A stretch of 11,881 bases of DNA from Planctomycetales bacterium (lineage in GTDB: Bacteria > 4484-113), in NCBI GenBank assembly GCA_037445915.1, contig JBBIJQ010000058.1, forward strand, positions 1 through 11,881. Reading direction: 5' to 3'. Below are positions 1-5,960 of the stretch, piece after piece. The position numbers and the translations under genes are program-made. The notes under the pieces are model-generated. The model saw only the letters and a program-made list of their open reading frames with translations, did no database searches and was not told where the DNA came from. How positions within the stretch are numbered: the first letter of the stretch is position 1; each line of letters begins with the position of its first letter.

Positions 1-299
1 CCGATATTTTCCGCGACTGTCAGCGAATCAAAGAGAGCGGATTCCTGGAATACCAGCCCCATCTTCAGGCGGTGTTCCGCAAAGGCGTGCTCAGAACAGT
101 GCGTAACATCCTCGCCGTCAATGATGAGCCGGCCGGAAGTGGGGCGAAGGAAACCCATGATGACTTTGAGCAGCGTGCTTTTGCCCCCGCCGGAAGAGCC
201 GATGATGGCGGTTGTCACATTCCCCTCGGCCACGAGGCTGACGCCGTGGAGGACTTCGGTGTTGCCATAGCCGGCGCGGATGTCTATTAGCTTTAGCAT
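1..299 (-). CDS. mlaF: MlaF/Mkl-family ABC transporter ATP-binding subunit (5' part; continues beyond the left edge)
   Basis: Not in the ORF track; translated by hand from ATG at 299: MLKLIDIRAGYGNTEVLHGVSLVAEGNVTTAIIGSSGGGKSTLLKVIMGFLRPTSGRLIIDGEDVTHCSEHAFAEHRLKMGLVFQESALFDSLTVAENI. It has Walker A GSSGGGKST and the MlaF-type Q-loop region GLVFQESALFDSLTVAEN, and starts after a 1-nt gap from the mlaE stop. Confidence 0.92.
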   Translation of the reverse strand, partial: MLKLIDIRAGYGNTEVLHGVSLVAEGNVTTAIIGSSGGGKSTLLKVIMGFLRPTSGRLIIDGEDVTHCSEHAFAEHRLKMGLVFQESALFDSLTVAENI

Positions 300-300
300 T

Positions 301-1047
301 TCAGAATAGAATCGGCAGCAAGAGCAAATCCAGCCCGAATATCATCACAATGCTGACGACGACGGAATTGGTCACTTCGCGCCCCACGCCCGCCGCGCCT
401 CCTTCAACGCGGTAGCCCATATAACAGCCGACCGCAGCGACGACGATGCCGAAAACAAGGCATTTGATGAAACAGGCGAAGAAATCGTTCGCTACAACAA
501 ATGAGTTGATGTAGAGCGAGTAGCTCGCATAGGAAATGCCTATCTTCGCGTTTGCCATCGCGAAGCCGGCGTAAAAACCGGCGAAGCCGGAGAACACGCC
601 AACTACCGGCAGCATCACCAGCAGCGCGATTATGCGGGGGGCGGTCAAGAACCAATGCGGGTCCGTGGAAAGGGCGCGCAGGGCTTCAATCTGCGAGGTA
701 ATTTTCATAGAGCCGATTTCGCTAGTAATCGCCGAGCCTGCCTTGCCCGCCATCACCACGCCTGAAAGCACAGGAATGAACTCGCGGAGCAACGCGACGA
801 GGAGGAAGCCGCCCGTGTAGTTAGCTGCGCCGCGCTTGCCAAGCTCTTCGGCAAGCAGGTAGCTCATCGTTGCGCCGACAAACGCGCAGACCATCATCGC
901 CAAGGGGATAGTGTTGACGCCGAGGAACTCCATCTGCCGGGCAACTAGCCGCCAGCTTAGACGCCCGGTAAACAGGTAAGTGAGGGTACGAGCCGTATAA
1001 ACGACGACAGCTCCTAAGAAGTCAAATAAGCCAAGAATATGCCCCAT
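301..1047 (-). CDS. mlaE: MlaE-family (MCE/phospholipid ABC transporter) permease
   Basis: 248-aa hydrophobic protein with MlaE signatures QMEFLGVNTIP, LLREFIPVL..AGKAGSAITSEIGSMKITSQIEALRAL..P..FL..PR and GGAAGVGREVTNSVV. Adjacent to the MlaF ATPase. Confidence 0.95.
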   Translation of the reverse strand: MGHILGLFDFLGAVVVYTARTLTYLFTGRLSWRLVARQMEFLGVNTIPLAMMVCAFVGATMSYLLAEELGKRGAANYTGGFLLVALLREFIPVLSGVVMAGKAGSAITSEIGSMKITSQIEALRALSTDPHWFLTAPRIIALLVMLPVVGVFSGFAGFYAGFAMANAKIGISYASYSLYINSFVVANDFFACFIKCLVFGIVVAAVGCYMGYRVEGGAAGVGREVTNSVVVSIVMIFGLDLLLLPILF

Positions 1048-1061
1048 TAGTTCCGGGGCTT

Positions 1062-1090
1062 AGTATAGTCCGTGGGCATAAGTTCGTAAA
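1062..1090 (-). promoter_or_regulatory. Putative sigma70-type promoter for mlaEF
   Basis: Minus strand reads TTTACG (1090-1085), a 17-nt spacer, then TATACT (1067-1062), 14 nt upstream of the mlaE ATG, within the 64-bp intergenic gap. Confidence 0.6.
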
Positions 1091-1111
1091 GCCAAACGTG
1101 GGGGCTATTGG

Positions 1112-4100
1112 CTAGAAAAGTGGGCCGCGCTGCCAGATTTGGATTGCCTTTGCCCCATCCAGAGGGCCGTCTGGGTCAACGGGCATTATTAGCAGCGGGT
1201 AATCAGACACTGCCGGGCACACTTCCAGCCCTAGCGGCGCCCTGAAGTGGAGAAAGACAGGCATTGACTCAACGACTTTCTCTGCCACCCACGAGCCGCT
1301 TCCTGTATTCCACCTGCAGTAATAGACATCGTTGTAGTTCAAGGGATTGGAAGGAGTTGGCGGGTCAGTGAGCCTAGAGTAGCTCGCCAGAGCGATATGG
1401 CCATCCACTATTGCCAGGGCAGGGTCGTGGTAATAAGCGCTTGCCGCCCCGTCAGGGTTGGGCAGGCTTACCGGCATGACATCTTCAGCAGTAAAAGCTG
1501 CGCCATCGTAGGTTGCGCGCCGCAGGCATGCGAGGTCAACAACATCGCTTGCGTGGAGGTCGTAGTAAACAAAATGGACTGTGGGGGGGAATGTGCTGCT
1601 GTCCAGCAGCAACTGGAGGTTGCGGCCGGTGTTGCTGTCTATGCTTGAGCCGGTGTCAAGCCCGCTTACTTTCCACTCGCTGAAAACAGAATCGTAATGC
1701 GCCATCCACAGGCTGCCTTTCTTCGGAAGAGTGCTTCCTCCATAGTATTCGGCAGTGCGCTGGTAAAATACCATCGGGATCCCGCCGCTTCCGAAATCGG
1801 CGATTGCCGCCCGGAGGTGTATTCCCTTGTCCAGGTCCGGGTCGGCCACTCCAAAGCTGTCCCATGACATCAAATCTCCAAGGCGCGACCGCAGTGACAC
1901 CGTTTCATTAGGCAGCGGAACCGACTCGGCAAACAACGCTTGCATCCTGGCAATGCCGCCATAGAAGGTTGAAAACGCAGGCTGGGATGGAACGCCATAC
2001 GCGCTGATGGTATCCGAATTCCAAACGCCGGAGATGTCGCGCACGGCGAGGATATAGTTGGCGCTGTCGGAAAAAGAGAGCATTGGGACGCCTGAATCAT
2101 CTTCGCCCATTTCCAGGCAGCGGACAACACCGTCAGGCGGCACAATGGGACCGTCAGCGGTGACGCTTGAGCCGTCATAAGTGACATAGCGCAGCCTATT
2201 CACAGCTCCTTCAACTGCATAAGCCAGGCGTAATGCGCCGTCTGCCTGAGATTGCGCGGTATCCAAGTAAGTTATGTATGAGCCCGGCGCAGCCGGAAGC
2301 TCGCTCCCCAAGCTTAGCTGCGCGCGAATGTTCCAAGGCGGCGTCGCGCCAACGATGTTCACGTTTTGCTCAGTGTTGGGGCTATCCCATAGCGGGCGGT
2401 CTGACGCGCGCACGCCGAAGTAGTAGCGCACGCCGTCCTGCAAGCCGGGGATTGTGCAGCTATGCGTTACTGCGCCGCTTCCCCTAATGCTTGCCGCAGG
2501 CGGGCCGTCCCAAAGCTGCGCCTTATTGGTTGAGGCGTAAACGCTGTAATAAACCGGGTTGTAGAAGTTATCGGTCGCATAATCCCAGTATATGTAGGCT
2601 TCGCCGAAGCCGGTGCTGACTGCGCGGACGCCCTCCGCGCCCTGCCATGTTGGCGGGATTGTGTCCGCCTGCGCTTCCAAGCAGAATAGCCTCATCTCTG
2701 TAGTGGGAATGAACACGCGCCCGCCAGAGAGCGCAGCGCTCGCGTAAATCGGGCTGCCAAGGTTGATGTCCTGTTTGATATTGCCCTGGAAGTCCAGCAC
2801 ATAGAAATGCCCGTTTACCGAGCCGACGAAGATGCGGTTCGCTGAAGCGGCAGGCGAAGCGAATATCCTGCCGACATCGGCAGTTCGCCATATTTGCACG
2901 CCGGTAACCAGGTCGTGCGCTGAGATGTAGCCTGAAGGAGGGGCGTTAGTCCCCTGTCCTGCAATGACCAGGTTGCGAGCGCCGTCATTTACGACTACAG
3001 GCGCGCCTTGCACCCCGTGGTCCGTGGGATAGATGGTCGCAACCTGGAGGTTGGACGCAGCAAGCGAGTAATACTTGCTGTTGCCAGCGACAGTGTCGCT
3101 TCCGATGACGACTACAATCGGGGCTTCAGCAGGGAATAGCACTGGGGTTGCGAACGTGATGGTTCCTAAGTCTATTGACTTGGAGACTTCAGCGCCGGTC
3201 TGGATATCCAGCTTGTGGACAAATCCATTTTGGCTTGCGACATAGATGAAGGTTCCGTCGGAAGCAGGGCTGCTGCTTATTGCGCCTGATTGAAGGTTGT
3301 TTTTCCACTTCTCTTCGCCAGTAAGAATGTCAAACGCGTAAGCTATACCTTCTTCGCTGCCTGCATAAGCGGTCCCATTGACAATGAGCGCCGAAGAGCG
3401 AACCGGCAGCCCGCTTACCAAGTCAAACTCGCCGGAAGCGGCGCCGTCGGAAAGCTGGCGCAGATAGTACTTGCCGGGGCCGCCTATAACGAGGCGGTTT
3501 TCCCAGAGCGCGGCAGTCGAGGATGAAAGGAACCCTGCGACAATCTCGCTATATATGGGCCAGCCGTCATCCTGGCGGAAAGCGTAAATGCGGCCGTCGT
3601 TGGAGCCGATGTAAGCATTGGCGGCGTCAAGCACCGGCGAGGATTCGTTGTATGTTCCGCTCACCTTGTAAGGCTTGTTCCACCGTTCCACCAGAGGCTC
3701 GCGCAGGGCTTCTGCAAGAATGCCGCTGCGCTGTTCATCCTTGTGCAAATAAGGCCATGGATACGGGTTGGACACGTAGTCGTAAGGCGTTGAGGAAAGC
3801 ATTCTGAGGTTCGGCGGATTCTCACGGAGGCCGTGCTCGTCATATACCCACACGAGGAAAGTGTAGATTAGGCCATTCTCCAGGCCAGTGATGTCCACGC
3901 TAAAAGGCGGCTGGCCCAGCGCAGAACGGTCAAAGCGCTGGAACTGGGCGGCAGGCGGGTAAACGGTAGTGTTTTGCTCCCAGTAAACAACGTAGTGGAT
4001 AGCGTCGCCGTCGGGGTCGGATGCATCGCCGAAGGTTAGCGTTACTTTTCTATTGCCGCCGACGGCAGCTTGCAAGCCCGGCACGCTAACCCAGGATGGC

Positions 4101-5215
4101 GCGCTGTTACCGCCGGTGGTGAATGCGGCTTTGGCGATGTTGGAAAAGAATACAGCGGCATAATCGTCGCTTTCCAGCGAATACGCGCGAACTGCGAAAG
4201 CATAGCTTTCGGCATTCATATTCCATCCAAAGGAGTAGCGGATGCGCGCCTTAGGCGGGACGCCTCCAACATAGAACTTAGCGCGTTTCACCGATGGGCG
4301 CGGCTCGCCGGGAGTGTCGGGGTCGGAGAAAGGAACTGCGGCGAACATCTCGTCGTCAGATGGCTCATAGTCAACCGACGGGATTTCCAGCGCTGAGACT
4401 TCGTAGCCGGTGATTTCGCTGCCGAAGTTCATCGCAATTTGCGTTATGTCCTTTATGTCCAGCTTCCCGTCTTCATTGCCGTCAACCAGCTCGCGCTCCG
4501 GGGTGTCGGCAAGCAGGTTAAAGTGCATCGCTAGGGGAGTTATATCGGCGACGGAGACATCGCCGGAATTGTTGTAGTCGCCTGTATTTACTTCAGTCCA
4601 TTGAAGGTCGGCGTATGTCCCGTTGGCGGTTACTTCAAGGTCTTGGACGCGGGTAGCAAGCGTCTCAAACGGGCGGTTCGCCGACTTAAGCGGAAGCTCC
4701 AGCCGCTGCGAGCCTTGAAATGCGCAGGGGGGCTGCGCGTCGGCGGATCCCTGCGGATGCACGGCAAGGCGGAAGGTGAAGCCTGCTCCACTTGCACCGC
4801 CGATTGCGGCGATGCCGACGGGGACAATGCCTGGGAGCTTGCCGGGGACGGCTATCGCAAGGATTGACGGAGGCGCGCCAACGCTTATTTCCCCCGCGCT
4901 GTATCCTTCGGGAAGGCGGATGTAAAGGTATAACGACGAGGGCGCTCCGGCGAGGGAGGAGATGCGAAGCTCATTGGCGGAGGCGACCGCAGTTATAAAC
5001 CGGAGTGAAAGCGGGTCGTCGTTGGAAGCCGCATCCAGCGCGCTAATCTTAAAGCCCCCGGCGCGGAGAAAGTGCGCCTTCTCCAGCGTACCTAGCAGGC
5101 TTGGCTGCTGCGGCTGGGCTGCGCCGCGCACAGCGGAATGCCTGCTTCCGCAGGCCGAAAAGCCTGCTAGCAGCAGCAATAGTAGCAGCCACCGCAGTAA
5201 CTCAGATCTGCGCAT
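1112..5215 (-). CDS. Large modular surface lipoprotein: lipobox, possible cohesin-like domain, FN3-like domain with inserted dockerin-like repeat, FN3/Ig, PQQ/BamB-like beta-propeller, FN3, C-terminal propeller-like region
   Basis: 1367-aa ORF. Signal peptide MRR..LLLLLLLAGFSA-C22. Twin EF-hand repeats GDYNNSGDVSVADITPLAMHF and VDGNEDGKLDIKDITQIAMNF. FN3 motifs GLENGLIYTFLV and GLQDGVRYYFGVRA. Repeated PQQ-type blades (SSPVLDAANAYIGSNDGRIYAF, YAGSEEGIAYAFDILTGEEKW, IFASPAASANRIFVGSVNGHFYVLD). Confidence 0.85.
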   Translation of the reverse strand: MRRSELLRWLLLLLLLAGFSACGSRHSAVRGAAQPQQPSLLGTLEKAHFLRAGGFKISALDAASNDDPLSLRFITAVASANELRISSLAGAPSSLYLYIRLPEGYSAGEISVGAPPSILAIAVPGKLPGIVPVGIAAIGGASGAGFTFRLAVHPQGSADAQPPCAFQGSQRLELPLKSANRPFETLATRVQDLEVTANGTYADLQWTEVNTGDYNNSGDVSVADITPLAMHFNLLADTPERELVDGNEDGKLDIKDITQIAMNFGSEITGYEVSALEIPSVDYEPSDDEMFAAVPFSDPDTPGEPRPSVKRAKFYVGGVPPKARIRYSFGWNMNAESYAFAVRAYSLESDDYAAVFFSNIAKAAFTTGGNSAPSWVSVPGLQAAVGGNRKVTLTFGDASDPDGDAIHYVVYWEQNTTVYPPAAQFQRFDRSALGQPPFSVDITGLENGLIYTFLVWVYDEHGLRENPPNLRMLSSTPYDYVSNPYPWPYLHKDEQRSGILAEALREPLVERWNKPYKVSGTYNESSPVLDAANAYIGSNDGRIYAFRQDDGWPIYSEIVAGFLSSSTAALWENRLVIGGPGKYYLRQLSDGAASGEFDLVSGLPVRSSALIVNGTAYAGSEEGIAYAFDILTGEEKWKNNLQSGAISSSPASDGTFIYVASQNGFVHKLDIQTGAEVSKSIDLGTITFATPVLFPAEAPIVVVIGSDTVAGNSKYYSLAASNLQVATIYPTDHGVQGAPVVVNDGARNLVIAGQGTNAPPSGYISAHDLVTGVQIWRTADVGRIFASPAASANRIFVGSVNGHFYVLDFQGNIKQDINLGSPIYASAALSGGRVFIPTTEMRLFCLEAQADTIPPTWQGAEGVRAVSTGFGEAYIYWDYATDNFYNPVYYSVYASTNKAQLWDGPPAASIRGSGAVTHSCTIPGLQDGVRYYFGVRASDRPLWDSPNTEQNVNIVGATPPWNIRAQLSLGSELPAAPGSYITYLDTAQSQADGALRLAYAVEGAVNRLRYVTYDGSSVTADGPIVPPDGVVRCLEMGEDDSGVPMLSFSDSANYILAVRDISGVWNSDTISAYGVPSQPAFSTFYGGIARMQALFAESVPLPNETVSLRSRLGDLMSWDSFGVADPDLDKGIHLRAAIADFGSGGIPMVFYQRTAEYYGGSTLPKKGSLWMAHYDSVFSEWKVSGLDTGSSIDSNTGRNLQLLLDSSTFPPTVHFVYYDLHASDVVDLACLRRATYDGAAFTAEDVMPVSLPNPDGAASAYYHDPALAIVDGHIALASYSRLTDPPTPSNPLNYNDVYYCRWNTGSGSWVAEKVVESMPVFLHFRAPLGLEVCPAVSDYPLLIMPVDPDGPLDGAKAIQIWQRGPLF

Positions 5216-5960
5216 AGTTGATAACGGCTACTCCCTTTTCCTGAAGCCATGCCGCCAGCTCAGGCGAGCAGAGCACCTCAAGCTCTTCCCCGCGCTCCTC
5301 GCGGTAGGAAGAAAACCCTTCTGGCAAGCTTTCAACAAGGCCGGGGTGGCACATTACTTCAACCGTTTCCGCGCGGGCGGAGGCTGCCTCGCACAACAGC
5401 TCCATCAAGCGCCCGCTGCTAAGGTTATTCTTCCCGAAAAAGCCGGTTATTAGTACATCAGGACGCCGCAAACCCAGCCGGGCGAAGCGAGCCGCCATCC
5501 AGGCGGAAGTTGGGCGCACCGCGAGCTTGTGCTTCTCCGCCAATTCCTCTACCGCCGCGAGCGCCGCCGCAAAGCCTTGAATGTGGTGGTGGCCGTCTAT
5601 GTGCGATAACTTCAACCCGGCGTCAAGCAAGTGGTAGAGCTGCGCCTGAAACTCGCCGCGGACTGCCTCGTAAGGGAGAGTTGCCCCGCCATCGGGGCTA
5701 AAGATTAACTTGGCGCTAAAGTTCCCTTCGTTATCAAGCCATCGGCAGGGGAACTGCGTCAGCGGCCTCCCCTTAGTGAGGTTGGCATGCAAGCCGGCAG
5801 ACACCCCAGAAAGCTCCTTAAGTTCAGCCAACCCGGAGGCGCTAACAAGGTTCGCCATCACCGTCGTGGCTCGCACAACGCCCTCGCGCATTGCCATTAG
5901 AATCCCGCGTGAAACCTGCGAGTGCAAACCGTAATCATCAGCATTGAATATAACTCTCAC
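5202..5960 (-). CDS. ydjC: YdjC/ChbG/HpnK-family carbohydrate deacetylase
   Basis: 252 aa with family motifs IFNADDYG, GLHANL, SHIDGHHH and EVMCHPG, plus the C-terminal R..EL..L. GTG start overlaps the upstream TGA (GTGA, 5957-5960). No signal peptide. Confidence 0.9.
   Translation of the reverse strand: MRVIFNADDYGLHSQVSRGILMAMREGVVRATTVMANLVSASGLAELKELSGVSAGLHANLTKGRPLTQFPCRWLDNEGNFSAKLIFSPDGGATLPYEAVRGEFQAQLYHLLDAGLKLSHIDGHHHIQGFAAALAAVEELAEKHKLAVRPTSAWMAARFARLGLRRPDVLITGFFGKNNLSSGRLMELLCEAASARAETVEVMCHPGLVESLPEGFSSYREERGEELEVLCSPELAAWLQEKGVAVINYAQI

Noticed and set aside
72-290. + strand 72-aa ORF
   Set aside because: Antisense shadow of mlaF, which has clear Walker A and Q-loop motifs on the minus strand.
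1076-1083. 8-mer GCATAAGT also present at 10695-10702, both upstream of minus-strand genes
   Set aside because: Too short, and at different distances from the predicted -10 boxes, to separate from chance.
1090-1113. Inverted repeat AGCCAA/TTGGCT at the lipoprotein stop as an intrinsic terminator
   Set aside because: Only a 6-bp stem with a 12-nt loop and no proper U-tract; read-through into mlaE is not excluded.
1583-1589. G7 run (C7 on the coding strand)
   Set aside because: Short and explained by Phe-Pro-Pro codons; the frame is intact.
5168-5188. CTG/CTA-type trinucleotide run as a contingency repeat
   Set aside because: An imperfect mix of Leu codons encoding the signal-peptide h-region.
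1112-5215. Calling the protein a true cellulosome enzyme, BamB ortholog or PQQ dehydrogenase
   Set aside because: No recognisable glycoside hydrolase motif, architecture far larger than BamB, and no dehydrogenase active-site signature seen.
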